DNA of 64,000 nucleotides from Cetorhinus maximus. Taxonomy: Eukaryota. The notes under the pieces are model-generated. The model made no database searches. It worked only from the letters and a program-made list of their open reading frames with translations, and was not told the DNA's origin. The position numbers and the translations under genes were made by a program. Each line of letters starts with the position of its first letter. Position 1 is the first letter of the stretch. The stretch spans positions 60,760,001 to 60,824,000 of the forward strand of contig NC_135898.1 of NCBI RefSeq assembly GCF_964194155.1, read 5' to 3'. Below are positions 1-13,165 of the stretch, piece by piece.

Positions 1-637
1 GCCCTGTGCCCCTTGTGCCTACGCCTGTCCTCCCAAAGGTGGCTCCCCTGGTGGCTGAATGTCCACTCCTGGCCTCCTCCCCCTTCTAGCCCTCCCTTCC
101 TCCTCAGAGGAGGTGCCTGCAATGGAGAGTTCAGCTCCCATTCCCAGGCTATGGGACGGCTTCCTGAAACCTGCAAGATTCCTCACTGCAGATTGCTGAC
201 CTGAAGGTTAAGAGTCCAGACAAAGCAGCTGGTATGTGTTTTGAAGTATTGCAGATCACATAGGCAAGTTTCAATAACTTTGACAAATCAATATTTGACA
301 GAGCACACTTGCGACCCCAGTGAACCCTCTTATCCCGCCCGTGGATGAGGTTTATACAAGTGCGTCCTATCCGCCTGTCCGTTGCACCCGTGCACCGACC
401 CGAAGATTGCACGGGCACCACAAAATCAGCGTCGATTGGTGAGTCATGGGCCTTGAGTGGCTGGTTAATTAATGACGGGCGCGCAGCGGATATCATCCAA
501 CGAAATATTGCGATGGCACGTAGTGATGTCGGGACGCTCGCCCCATGTCACCGTGCATCATTTTACATGTGGACATGTGGGGCCCGCCACCGCCCCCCAC
601 CCCCCCTCCCCCGCATGCCAACAGGAAAATTCTGCCC
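1..637 (-). mobile_element. PIF/Harbinger transposon (family A-like), right end with transposase N-terminus; continues outside the window
   Basis: Colinear with 23520-24112. Ends in TIR GAAAATTCTGCCC (to 637) followed by TAA. Minus-strand ATG at 141 gives MGAELSIAGTSSEEEGRARRG, paralleling MGIVVSAGSASSEDEERARRG at 23663. Confidence 0.85.
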
Positions 638-1082
638 TAAGGAGCTGGTGACTTTAAAGTGGGATTTGCAGATTGTGTAAAAATGGACAATCAAATTTGT
701 AGAGATATAACCAGACTCCAACTCACCAGACACTTTCAGTGTAAGGAAAACATTACAGAATTGGCACTTGCAGGTCACAAGCCTCAGTTAGATACAGCAA
801 TTACTATTTCCACATTTTTCTCAGGCCATTTCATCTTTGTGGCCACACAGAAAAAAATAAGAAAAGTAGAATAATAAGTAGTTCTAAAAAAAGACTTGCA
901 AACTTCAAACTTTGCACCCTCTTCCAATCTAAAGGTTACCCTGATAGGTACTTCATAAAATGGATCCAGTTGCATTAACTAGCCCTTTACCCAAGTCTAT
1001 CTTTTTAACGTTCATACTGAGATGTGGTCGTTTCCTGTTGATCGAAGTGGGACATCACGTGTTAGACAAAAATGGACACCAT

Positions 1083-1941
1083 GGCCTAAATTTTCACCAA
1101 GTCGGGATACCTTGGGGCCCTTTAAAAATGGTGGGTGTGTCCTGAATCCAGGATTCCCAACCCCATTCCCAGGCTGTCTGATTTTTGGAAATGTCTTTAA
1201 AGGGTATGGGCTGGTTACTGTCAAAAGCCCACATCTGGCACTCCCGACCTGGCTGGCTTTATTGTAGAAATTGGCACGTCCTCTGCAATTTTCATGGAGT
1301 TGGGCCTGGTTTTCAAACAGCCGTGGTGCATAGCCTCTCAGAGTAGTTGTGAACCCTAGTCTGCATGAGGGGCCCTTTTAAAAGGTAAGTTCAAAAGGTC
1401 CTCCTGATGCGCCCCCCCCCCCACCCACCCCAAGGCCCCTCATGCCCCCTATGCCAAGTTCTGCCCACACACCCACCCCTATAGCCCCTCATACCCCCTA
1501 TCCGAAGCTCTGCCCTTCAACCCACCTGCATGGCCCCTCATGCCCCCTATGCCAAGCAATGGCATGCCATGTCCATTGACCCATAATGAACCAATGAACC
1601 CTGTAAACAGTGGGATATGTAAAGAAAAAGGCTTTCAAAAAAGTAATTCATTCTTAACTTTCACCTGTGTTGAAAAAACTCCCTACATTTCCCTACAAGC
1701 TATTAAAAGTGTCAATCATCCACACCGACAGCACCCGACAGCCCCAGTGGCTGGCTCCAAACTTCATCCCACGTCAGCTGACCTGACTCCAGTCCACTCC
1801 TGCCCTTGCAACCCCCACCCCTCCCGGCAATGAAGATTCCGCCTTTGCGGACACTTTCTCCCGATGTGGGTTGGGGGGAGGGGTGGCAAGCCGGTAATTT
1901 TTCCAACTCTTGCTACCCACCTCGAGGATGAAAATCCAGCC
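1083..1941. mobile_element. Non-autonomous Harbinger-type element (MITE), internally deleted relative of 17305-18616
   Basis: Imperfect TIRs GGCCTAAATTTTCA / TGAAAATCCAGCC, with CAT on both sides (1080-1082, 1942-1944). Body colinear with the left arm and the right end of 17305-18616. Confidence 0.8.
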
Positions 1942-1944
1942 CAT

Positions 1945-2610
1945 GGTCAGAATTTTACGTCCCATGGGTGGGCGAGTGCCCAATCTGAACGGATGTGAAA
2001 TAGCGTGAGATGACATTGGTACAGCGTCCCGACGTCATCGTGATATTTCACTCGGCGGGTGTGTGTGCGGCAGTTGGAAGCGTGCCCACCAACAATTAAG
2101 TGGGCAATTAAGCCCATTAATGATGCAATCAATAGTAATTTTTCGTGGCCCATCCACATTTACAGTTGGCGGACGGGCCATTCTCCCAGGAGGCATTCAC
2201 ATTTTTGCTCAAACCTCGATCTGGGGCGGGATGAAACCTCCGTGGGGAAATCAAATAAAAAGAGATATCTGGGTACTGTTTTTTTATGAGGTATGTTTTC
2301 AGGTGCTTGATTGTGCTGCATGGACACATTTTGCAGCATTTTTGTTGTGTCCTTTAGTGTGTGGAGGTCTGCAGCTCCGTGGGGCAGCTGTCTGCCTTCA
2401 GGGAGCTCTCTCAAAGCACTCACCCGCACCCTCGGTTACGTTGGCACCCGCCCTCTTCCGGCCCTCACCCGGCAGCCCTGAGCATTTCAGCACACGTTTC
2501 ATGCTGGCTGGCCGGTGATTGGCCAGCCGGTGTGAAATTGAGGTCGGGGGCCGATCTTGGCTGGCGGCCTATTTCCTGTCTGCTCCCGGGCCTGCCAAAA
2601 AATTCAGGGC
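1945..2610. mobile_element. Non-autonomous Harbinger MITE related to family A ends (reverse orientation relative to 44384-44994)
   Basis: TIRs GGTCAGAATTTT / AAAATTCAGGGC; flanks CAT and CCT. Reverse-complement similarity to 44384-44994 and 59525-60142, including the AAACCTC..GGATGA hairpin core near 2210-2240. Confidence 0.8.
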
Positions 2611-2903
2611 CCTGTCTTTATCTCAGTCTGCTGGGGGCCAGGGTAAAAATTGTTTGCAATGTCTTCAAAGTCAAATCATCACAATTCCTCTTAACATTCT
2701 TCTAGTTGCTATTTTGACAATAATGGATGACTGGGAGTAATTAGAAGACATTAATCTGATCAAAAGGTTCAAATGGTGCATATAAAGAATAAGATTTACC
2801 AATGGGTTGTTACAATGTAGTAATTAGATCGAGAGGTTCAAATTACATCAGAAACCACAATTGCCTAGTTTGAGCAGTCATTCCTGAACATGAAACAGTC
2901 TTG

Positions 2904-2938
2904 ACACACACAAACACACACACACATACACACACACA
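2904..2938. repeat. (CA)n microsatellite
   Basis: acacacacaaacacacacacacatacacacacaca. Confidence 0.9.
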
Positions 2939-4066
2939 AGCGCCATTCATTGGGTGTTTTAATAGTTTTGGACCTGTTATGTTCATGCAGGTGCCTTGTT
3001 AAAGGCTGACTGCGATCTGCTTTATCAATGCATAATAATGCCTCACTGTAAGGTGATCAATTGTGATGTTATCATTGCAGATTTACTGAGTAGTGTTCAA
3101 CAGATGATTGCTGGGAAGTAGTGTGGTCAGTATACAGTAAAGTTTCTTAAGCCTGTCCAATATCATAATTTTGCATACTCTCTATATTGGGACTGTGATG
3201 TTTGCAGTCATCATGAAGGTTCCTCATTATAAACCCCTTAAAATTAAATGAGAATAATAAATATGCAAAAAATCTCAAACTTAATCATAAATTTGTCTCC
3301 AACTGCTTGCATCCTGCAAACAAATAATATGGCCCACCTTGGTCCTCTGGGCATCCTGGGCTCTGAGTATGCCCACCTCCCTAAAGTTTGCAACCCTTTC
3401 CCACCAGCTGACTCCCCACATTCAAAAGTCTCCTAACTTCCTGGTTTACCTCGTGCCATGTTCCTATGTGCATCTTCATATGAGAACACAATTTCCAAGA
3501 GCTGCTGCTATTATGGTTAGTTAAAGACTTGTCCTTGGAGAAGAGGGAGCTACTGTTATATTGCTGATCAGAGTGGCAGCACATCCTATAGACAACAACA
3601 CCAGTAGCAACAGCTTCAGACCTTGCCTGCTTCGAACTAGGTAAATCTCTGTGAAAACTGGGCTCACCATCCAGTCTAAACCCATGTCCCTGAACTTGCT
3701 TCCCTCAGAGAGGCAGAGCTAGAGCACTGACCAACTGTTGGAGGGTGACTGCTGACATCGCTACAGAGACAACACCAATGACAGGAATGACTGAAAACTG
3801 CAGAGCACTTTTGTATTCTCCTTCTCATTTTTCAGGAGTCTAAGTTTAAACACCTGATGCATGAAGCAATTCAAGCATTAGGCAGTTATCTGTCTTGTTT
3901 TGCTTCCACTTCTCCTTAGGCTTGTGTTGAAGATTGCAAACACACAGTTAATCAAATCATGTCAGGACCTATGTTTCATTATAATATATGCAAGTAAAAA
4001 AATTATCTTAATTGTTAAGCCAATAAATTAAACAGTAAATTCACAAATCAATTATTATTGTTATTA

Positions 4067-4341
4067 TTTTTATTCATTCACAGGATGTGAGCTTCGCTGG
4101 CTGGGCCAGCATTTATTGCCCATCCCTAATTGCCCTTGAGAAGGTGGTGGTGAGCTGCCTTCTTGAATCGCTGCAGTCCATGTGGTGTAGGTATACACAG
4201 AGTGCTGTTAGGAAGGGAGTTCCAGGATTTTGACCCAGTGGCAGTAAAGGAATGGTGATATATTTCCAAGTCAGGATGGTGAGTGACTTGGAGGGGAACT
4301 TCCAGGTGGTGGTGTTCCCATCAATCTGCTGCCCTTGTCCT
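4067..4341 (-). mobile_element. 3' fragment of the CR1-group APE+RT LINE
   Basis: Reverse complement of the LINE 3' end at 29410-29680 and 47885-48155 (…GGGCAATTAGGGATGGGCAATAAATGCTGG…TGAATGAATAAAAA). Confidence 0.9.
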
Positions 4342-7300
4342 AATCACAATGGCCTATCAGCCAGTTTCTGTAGAACAAAACCTGAATATCCAAATAATAA
4401 TCTCAAAGACCAGTTCAATCACAAGACAATTAGTTAATTTTGTTTTCTGCTGATAAGAATTCTAAGAAGAGAGCAGAAAAGATTTTTTTCAAAAGCAAAG
4501 CCCACTAACATCTCTGATGGGTATGTTGCATTGGATTGTCAACAGCCCTGAGATCCAGTTGTGCTTTGAGTCCACAAGTGGGAGAGAGGATAGGAACGAG
4601 CTCTCACTCGGATTTTATTTATTGGGTTATTGTTGCAGTGCTGTGGATCTACAAATGGGAAGGGGGTAGTGAAACACACAAAAGAACAAGGGACTGACAC
4701 TGCTGGGGAGAAAGAAGGAGAGAAAAATTTCTTGGAGGCATTAAAAGAGATGTGAGAAGACCTTTTAGTGTGATGGAGGGAGAGAAAGTAGAAAGTGAGA
4801 AGAGAGACCCAGAAGTATCTTGTAATGTGGATAACAGACAGAACCGACTGAGAGGAAAAGACCTTGTGAAAGGAGGTATTGTACTGAGGGTGGTGGGGGG
4901 AGGGGGGAATCCTTATTAAATATAGGCTGTACAGATAAAGAGGAAAAGAAACTGTACAGAAGGATGGGTACATCCTTGCTCTGCTGGGAGTCAGTTTGTT
5001 ATTGGGACTTAATGAGCCCATATTATTAAACAAGGCATCCTTCAGCTCACTGTGCAAAATGCCACAGACAAACCATTATAATAAAAAATATATATAATCA
5101 GCATATATTATAAATAATTCTGTCTGCGGATGTCCATAACCCATATATGATGATTGTACAAATAATATTGTAATATTTTAAGATCTGTATTGAGTTGTTA
5201 CATGTTGCAGTAACTATAAGCTTCTGATAATTTGATGTTCATGACAGCGCTTCAACAATGACCTAGTTTACTATACTGAAGTAATTTTCAAAACTGAATA
5301 CATTAAAAAATATATCATTTTAGTTTCACAAGACATAAATTGTGAGGCTACTTTCCCAGAGAAGCCATGAGCATCGATCAAGAATCAGGGCTACAATGTT
5401 GTAGTGTCCTCATCTCAAGCTCTGCATTAATGGCTCACTTATAGTGCAGGCAGAAACAAAACAAGAGTAGCAGATCTCAAGGTCATTCAAATTCTCTAAA
5501 TAACCACATGCCTTAATTATCTCTATGTCCCTTATTTTAACATAGTACCTTTGCATTCAATGTGTCCACAGTAAGGATAATTGTGAAAACTGGAAATTAA
5601 AAAAAGTAAAAGATTGCCTTGTATATGCACTTACTTGAGGTCATAGATGAGATTTATATTGTTAACTGTGCTTTCATTTATGCTTTCATTTACATCTAGT
5701 AAAGCTCTACACAAGGGTTTGAAGAGATTTGGAGAACTCTGCTCCCTGAGTTACTAACTTTTAATGTTAGGAGCAGGTGGCCGGTAGTCTGTTCTCCCCT
5801 AACATTAAAAACTTCTAATATATAAAATTTTAAGCTAATAAAATGTGGCTTTACATTATGTTGGAGTTGCACTGTTGCTTTGTTAACTCAGATCAATGTA
5901 TTGATTAGTGCACACTGTTTGGCTTTAGCCCCTTTCATATTTATGTTTACCATACTGGAAACAATTGAACAATTGAAATATAGAAACCTGGAATTAAAAG
6001 TCTGATGATGACTCATGAAACCATTAAAAAACAAAAATTGAAATAGAAGTCCTGTTTTAGTTCCAACTCCAGAGGCTCAGCAGCATAAGGCAGCTCCTGC
6101 ATTTTCACTGATTAATCTGAGTGCCTTATTCCAGCAGCATAAATCCATGGAAAACTGGGAGTCATCTACTGAATTAAAAGGATCTGGAATTAACACCAGG
6201 AACTGATTTACAAACGTTAATCCCCCAGAATCTGAACTAAAAACGCACCAGTATAAAAGCAGCTTTAGATTAGAATTTAACAGCCAAATTATATGAATGC
6301 TTTCACGTCAACTTGCGCCTGAAATCACATCAACTGAATCAATGCAGAAGTGGCTGTGTACCTGCAAACAAAAACAGGGTTGGTAGGAAGTTCCCTTAAC
6401 AGGGCAGGAGAGGCCTCCAAGGAAATCTTTCTATCTCATCTGCTGCAGAGCACCCTACTCTTGAGTTTAACTGAAATGCATTCAAACCTGTCCATGGGTA
6501 ACAGCTTAGTTAAAATATCAATTAAAGATGAGAGTCAAAGGTTAGTTTAAAATGCGCTAGAGCGACTAACCCGTATAGGCAGCGAAGCCATGTAAAATTA
6601 TGATGTGAGCAATTTATCATTAACTGTTAATTCAAAACCAATATATTTATAATAAATTTAAACAACAGCATGTTCTAAATTCTAACACAACAGCATTATG
6701 ATAGCTTCAGCTTGTAAGTTTTGTGTTTACTTGCAGATAACACTTGTCTATGGTAATGAGCACCTTCCTCTGAGTGTGTATTAGGCCAATGGTAATGTGC
6801 CTTGCAATGTCCAGTGAAATTAATAAGTAGGTTAGCATGTTAACTCTGTTACTCTGTATACTGCCAAACTCTGGTTTATCTCCATTTTGTGTGAAGCTAC
6901 AGTATTCCACCTGCTCTATTCAAACTCTAGTACTTAAAGCCATTCCCTAAAACAATATGGCTAAGGTTTCACATGATTATCATTTCCTTCCTATTCAGGG
7001 AGCATCTGCCATCTCAGTGTCTCAAACGTTAACAGGTTTCAAGAGGCCACAGGCTGCCCAGCACACTGAGCCAGATCATCCAAATAGTGACAAAACCCCA
7101 CAAATAATACAAGTTGGACATGTTTCAAAGGTGACTTTGGGATGTATTTACCTTTAAAAGGCTGAAGTACTTTTGAGGTTCTTGTGTAAATGTAATTGCT
7201 TTTCAGATGTTTTGTGTGAAGCTAGAGAATAATAATGACTTGCTATATCAAAAAGCTCTGCAGCCCTGCTAATTGAAAAACCTGATTTCATGAACAGGTC

Positions 7301-8561
7301 TTCCTGGTAATTTAGTCCATTGTGTTTCATTATATCCTTAATCAAAAGGTACATTAAACTGTGGAGTTGAATAATGTCAAGACTTATTATGATAACAGTT
7401 TGATTCCTGAAATTGGCTGACTAAAGAATAAATAAGTCAAATTATCATAATGTACAAAAAGGTTTATTTCCAGTACCATTTAATTTTACAGATAGAATCT
7501 GCTACTTTCCAATTCAGGTACAAATGGTCAAACCAATCTCAGGAAGAAGAACTTCCCTGGGGATAATGGGGGCCACCAAGAGAAGAATTGTGTGCCACAT
7601 GGGATGTGAGAAAGTCCAAGGTCTACAATGTTTAAAAGCCCTTTTTTCCCCTAATGCAGACATTATTCGAATATCACATTACATTATTAACTGATTCACT
7701 CTGCATTTAATCATGTTTACAGCTCAGTAATTACTTCACTGACAGTTCGTAAAACAAATTCTACTGGAGCATCATGGTTTTGCTGTCATTAATCTCGCAT
7801 CAAAAACCTCAGACGGTTGTAATGTCATTTACATTATGGAAAAAAAACACCCTTTTAATTCACAAGTCTTGCTTTCACTAACTGACATCTGTTGATCCAC
7901 TGTGCTGTTATCAAAACACTGATCAATGGAAAGTAGAGGTGAAGTAGGATGATAATTAGCCACAGTACCTGCTTAATCCCATAACTCATTAATCGCTGGA
8001 ATGGCATTATTTTAAAAAGTAATCATTGATTAAAAAGTAGTATTTCAAGAATTAATGAGGTAGCCAAAAATGTATTTGTTAAAGGCCCTGTGTTATTATA
8101 GTTTTGTTTCATAAAACAGAAATTTCTATGTAAACAAAGTGGCCAAACAGATGGGCAAAATATGATGGGTGATAGCAGAATCATGTTGTTTTTATGAGAC
8201 CGATCGAGTTGTATAACTGCAACATTTATATTGTAGTTTTAAAAGCAGTCTATTGCATTATTTCATGAGGTTGGTTAGAAATGCCTTATATCTCATGGCT
8301 TTCTGCAAGTACTAAGAGACAATTGAAAATTGTATATTTGGATGGTGCACCAGAAATGGTAAGCTCCAGTCGATTCTGTGCACTCATAGGGCTGGTATTT
8401 GCATAGCCTGGTTAGGTGAGGAGGTCTGTTAGAGATCATGCAGGTACAGTAAAGATTTGCATATTATTGACAAAAGGTATATTATTGTACACTGTGTATG
8501 GAAGAACGTACCTGAAAAACACATACATCATATGTTAGAAATATGCCTGCATTATAGAAGA

Positions 8562-8642
8562 TTTTTTTTCTTTATTCATTCATGGGATGTTTGTGTTGTT
8601 GGCAAAGCCAGCATTTGTTGTCCATCCCTAATTGCCCTTGAA
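8562..8642 (-). mobile_element. Short 3' tail of the same LINE/SINE family
   Basis: ttttttttctttattcattcatgggatg…ccatccctaattgcccttga is the reverse complement of the LINE tail. Confidence 0.8.
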
Positions 8643-9735
8643 CTGAGTGCCTACATTTCAAGAACTGATACCAATCCTGCCCTGAACATGAAGGAATGGT
8701 TATCAGATGTTCCTGTGAGGTCATCAAAGCCCTGTTGGCATGGTTAGTTGATATTTTCATCCAGTTTTATTTTTAATGATGTTGAATATCAATACAACAG
8801 GCTGTGAAAATAATATTAATGCCCATATACTACACATGGTCATGAAAAAAAATCTATATGTCCACAAAAGAGGTTGACTGGAACCTTATAGGGATTTTTA
8901 TTGTCTTTGAGATGTCATCAGGTTTATGACTGTAAATATTCATAATTCATAGTTGATCATGAAATAATTTCTTTACATTGGGGCTAATTTTTTGAGTATG
9001 TACAGATGGGGTGGTGGGGAAGACAGCACAGACTGAAGGAAGCACAGAAGCACATGCTGGGGTGGGGGAAGGTGGGGGAGGGGATGGTGATGGAAGTGGC
9101 TAGGCGCTTGGATAAGCTTGTCAAAAGTGAGCATTCTTTCGCAGCTGAGACGTTTGGCTGCAGCTCCATTGGCAAGTTTAAAGTTGGGCCTCTGAAACAT
9201 TTCTGCCCAATTAAGCAACGCAAAGGCATGAATGTATGAAGGTGCCACTAAATGCTCCAGAACTTTTCACCCCTCAGGTGCAGACTGCAAATTAATGTGT
9301 GTTTTAGGGAGCAGGAGAACAATTGGATGACTGGGCAAGTTGTAGAATCCCTTGCGAAAGGTGGCCATGGTGCAGTCACTGGTGGAGGTGCTCACAGCCC
9401 TGTACAATGTCTTTATTATTAAGGTTTGGACCAGTATCCCTCATGGTTCAAGCTAACAGCGCAGCCTTACAGTGTGGATTAGGAGAATGCCTACGCCTGA
9501 GCTGAGAGCACAGCATGCAGTCCAATGGGCAAAGCTGCTGCCAATCAGTCAAGTGGAGTGGGATGGAGGTGGGTGGGCTTTCGGTCAGCCAATGAGCACA
9601 CTACACATTGGCCATCCAAGTGGTGGCCAGCACTCTCCGAGGGGTCTACAGGCTTAAACAAGAGAGGGCCTTAGCACACATATGCTAAACCAAGTGTCTC
9701 TCTCCTTGACCCTGCAGGAAGAGATCATCAGGATC

Positions 9736-10979
9736 ATGGACCCTTGTGATCTGGTGGTCTGCTTCATGCCTTACAGGGAGGAGAGAAGGAGAAAAGTGCA
9801 CCAGAAGCACCTGGCTCGTCAATGGGAGGAGCGCCTCCCTCAAGAGGAAGGTGCAGCTGGGCTTCCTGTGCACACAGCGGAAGATCCACAGTGAACCGTT
9901 ACTCGTAGGTTCCTCGCTAGACCTAGGGTCTATAGATGGTGCTTGTCATTCCTGCAGATGACTGAGAACCAGTGTCATTGAAGATTGTGCATGTCTAGGG
10001 AACTGGTTGGTCACGAATGCCACCTGCTACAGGGTTTGGTGCCGGGGGACATGGAGGGCATCCACTGCCAGTGGCTGTGAAAGTAACTGCGGCACTCAAT
10101 TTTTACGCCAGTGGCTTCTTCCAGACTCCACAGGTAACCTGTGCGGGATCTCACAAGCCTCCACTCATAATTGCATCCAGGAGGTCATAGACGCCATCTT
10201 CGCGATGACACGCAACTTTGTGCATTTTGACTGGGATCAGACGAGCCTGGATGCAAAAGCGCTGGGATTTGCACTGATCTCTGGTCTTCCCCAGGTGCAG
10301 GGGGCCATTGACTATAGTCAGGTGGCATTTAGATCTCCGTGGCAACAAGCAGTCAACCGCATCAACCACAAGGGCTTCCACATGTTGAATGTTCAGCTGG
10401 TCTGCGACCACCACAAATGCATCCTACACATCTGCGCATGATTCCCTGGGAGCATCCATGACTCCTCCATCCTTAGCAGGTCTCAGATCGATGACATCTT
10501 CCAGGGTCCACAGAGGGAGCAGGGATGGCTCCTCGGAGATGAGGACTGTCCACAGAAGGCTTGGCTGATGACACCCGTACAGTGACCTCATACTGCAGCA
10601 GAGTGACGGTTCAACGAGACTCATGTTGCAACCTCGACTTGGGTGGAGCAAACAATAGGCATATTGAAAATGAGGTTCCGATGCTTCGATAGGTCCGGCA
10701 GAGCACTATAATACAGTCCTCAGAGTGTGTCGTGCATCATCGTAGCTTGCTGTGCGCTACATAACCTGGATCAGCAACAGTGGGAGGACATGGCTGAGGA
10801 GGAGATGGAAGAGCTGTACATCTCCTCCGATAAGGAGGACATCAAAGTGGATGAGGGTGATGAGGTCCTCGGAGGCGGGGATGCTGGTGATGAGGCCATC
10901 GCACTGGCCAGAGATGGCAGGCACGCTCATGAGGCCCTCAGCTGCAAGATTCATGGAGGATGATGACAAGATACAGTGA
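9736..10979 (+). pseudogene. Harbinger (HARBI1-like, DDE_Tnp_4) transposase pseudogene
   Basis: Motifs across frames: KVTAALNFYASG, GNLCGISQAS, QGAIDYSQV, HKGFHMLNVQLVCD, PGSIHDSSIL, WLLGDED, VEQTIGILKMRF, CCALHN, acidic C-terminus. Frameshifts and stops present. Confidence 0.9.
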
Positions 10980-11689
10980 GGACAGTCTTGACATTCTTAC
11001 CTTGCATCTGTAAACGTTTGACTCCTCTGTAGCTGATGGCAGTGCACTCAATGCTCAGACTCGTGTCATGGAGATGCAGCAGAGGCCTTAATAGTCACAA
11101 TATTCCAGGAGGATGATGATGACATGCAGTGAGTACACTCCATATACCTTTAGATAGCCTCTGTGAATGTCTGACTCCTGTCTGGCTGAGGGCAGCTCAC
11201 ATGTGCTCTGTGATCAGGGTCATATCATGGAGACGCAGCCGTGAAACTTTAGATGCACCTGATCCTTTAGCAACCTTCAGCACCTGACCCCTTCAGGAGA
11301 ACCGTGTCACTAGTCACAGATGCTGAAGAGATGGGGGCCAGCCCCACCTTAAAGGTGCAGAGAGCACACAGAGAGAATGACGGAACTCTGTGATGTCTGC
11401 CCACAACATTCTGGCAGCAATAGCAAGCACCATCGAGGTGCAGGCATCACTAATGTGTCCAGTGAGTGTTAAGCTGGACCATCACTTTGCTCTGAAGGTT
11501 ACACACTGCACAAGTAAGAGGTCCTGGACTGAGACAATTGCAGGGGCCAAGGTTTCACATCTGACTGACACGAACACTGCTCATCATATCAAGGAGCCAT
11601 AGGCAGGGAGACATTCTTTGGAGTTTATTTACAATAGTGAACATTATCTACAAATGATTAATACCTGTGCCCACACAGTGCACCTACAT

Positions 11690-12262
11690 CTTCTTAACCT
11701 TCCTAACCCTGCTGCTGTGTCTTGGTGTTCCCCTGACTTCCACAGCTGAGGTGGAGGCAGCCTGCTGACTGCTACGCCCTGTTGTCAGTGATGACTTTGG
11801 CGGGTGTCCACTGGTGGGCTGAGACCTGGAGGGCCCCAGCCTGCTTCAGGTATCCTGGGGTGGACCAGATATTTCCTTCTCAGCCTGTGGAGCTGGAGCT
11901 GGAGCTGAGGGGGTCACAGCAAGAGAGTATTTGGATCAGCTGGATATTCCCGGAGATACGTGGGTGGATTGTCCTGGGGTGTCAAGCTGCTGATCTTTCT
12001 CCCTATGGGTGCCCGATGGCCCCTGGCTGACTCCTTGAGGATAATGGGAAGACGGAGTGAGATTGAGCAACCCCTCTCAAGTTGACACTGTTGGAGGCCA
12101 ACTATGGTGTCAGCGATGGATTTCAGCCCATGTAGCAGTGCAGTTTTGATGTCCGGGACCAAGGTCTCCATGGTGGACGCACCATGCTGCCAGTGTTGAC
12201 ATCGGTAAGTCAGCCTGCCGGCGCTATCACCTCAGACTGAAGGCAAGTGGACTCCTCCACCA
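11690..12262 (-). pseudogene. Last-exon remnant of the family B Myb/SANT-like gene
   Basis: METLVPDIKTALLHGLKSIADTIVGLQQC is paralogous to …LLSGLNSIADIIVCLQKC at 30206-30466; the 3' part matches 38770-38990. Confidence 0.7.
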
Positions 12263-13165
12263 TCAGAGACACAGTATAAAAGAGCGCGAGGAGAGCGAAG
12301 ACACAGGATAAAGGAGCACGAGGAGAGCGGCAAAGACACAGGTTAAAAAGAGCGTGAAAAGAGCGGCGGAGACAGGATAAAAGGGGGCGAGGAGAGTGGA
12401 GGCACAGGATAAAAGAGCACGAGGAGAGCAGAGATGCAGGATAAAAGAGTGCAAAGAGAGCGGCGGAGACACAGGATAAAAGAACGTGAGGAGAGCAGCA
12501 GAGACACGGGATAAAAGAGTGTGAGGAGAGCGGAGGCACTGGATAGAAGAGTGTGAGGAGAGCAGCGGAGACACAGGATAAAAGAGCGTGAGGAGAGCGG
12601 AGGCACTGGATAAAAGAGCGTGAGGAGAGCAGCGGAGACACAGGATAAAAGAGCATGAGGAGAGCGGAGGCACTGGATAAAAGAGTGTGAGGAGAGCAGC
12701 AGAGACACAGGATAAAAGGGCGCGAGGAGAGTGGAGGCACAGGATAAAAGAGCGCGAGGAGAAGGGAGAGACAGGATAAAGGAGCACGAGGAGAGTGGTG
12801 GAGACACAGGATAAAAGAGCACGAGGAGAGCGATGGAGACGCAGGATAAAAGAGTGTGAAGAGAGCAGAGACACAGGATAAAAGAGCTCAAGGAGAGCGG
12901 CGGAGACACAGGATAAAAGAGCGTGAAGAGAGCGGAAACACAGGATAAAATAGCGCATGGAGAGCAACGGAGACGCAGGATAAAAGCGTGAAGAGAGCAG
13001 AGACACAGGATAAAAGAGTGTGAGGGAAGCAGTGGAGACACAGGATAAAAGAGCGCAAGGAGAATGGCAGAGACACAGCATAAAGGAACATGAGGAGAGT
13101 GGAGACAAAGGATAAAAGAACACGAGGAGAGTGGAGAGACAGGATAAAAGGGCGTGGGGAGAGTG
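12263..13165 (+). repeat. Minisatellite of about 32-35-bp units (GAGACACAGGATAAAAGAGCGTGAGGAGAGCRGCG), roughly 27 copies
   Basis: Direct tandem repeats. A 32+35-bp higher-order dimer is visible near 12470-12735. Explains the L/S/C-rich minus-strand ORFs. Confidence 0.95.

Larger units (their letters stand above)
8981..12262 (+). mobile_element. Truncated Harbinger transposon, family B (transposase plus 3' end of Myb gene), preceded by a TIR-like end at 8981
   Basis: From about 9318 colinear with 36460-38990. GGGCTAATTTTT TIR-like start at 8981. Right part lost at the minisatellite. Confidence 0.85.

Noticed and set aside
4539-5057. 172-aa minus-strand ORF
   Set aside because: Biased S/F/P composition from a purine-rich opposite strand; no recognisable domain.
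7518-7620. Possible exon after TTCAG
   Set aside because: Weak donor and no recognisable peptide.
12263-13165. CRISPR-like periodicity
   Set aside because: Units are contiguous with no unique spacers; eukaryotic context with no cas genes.
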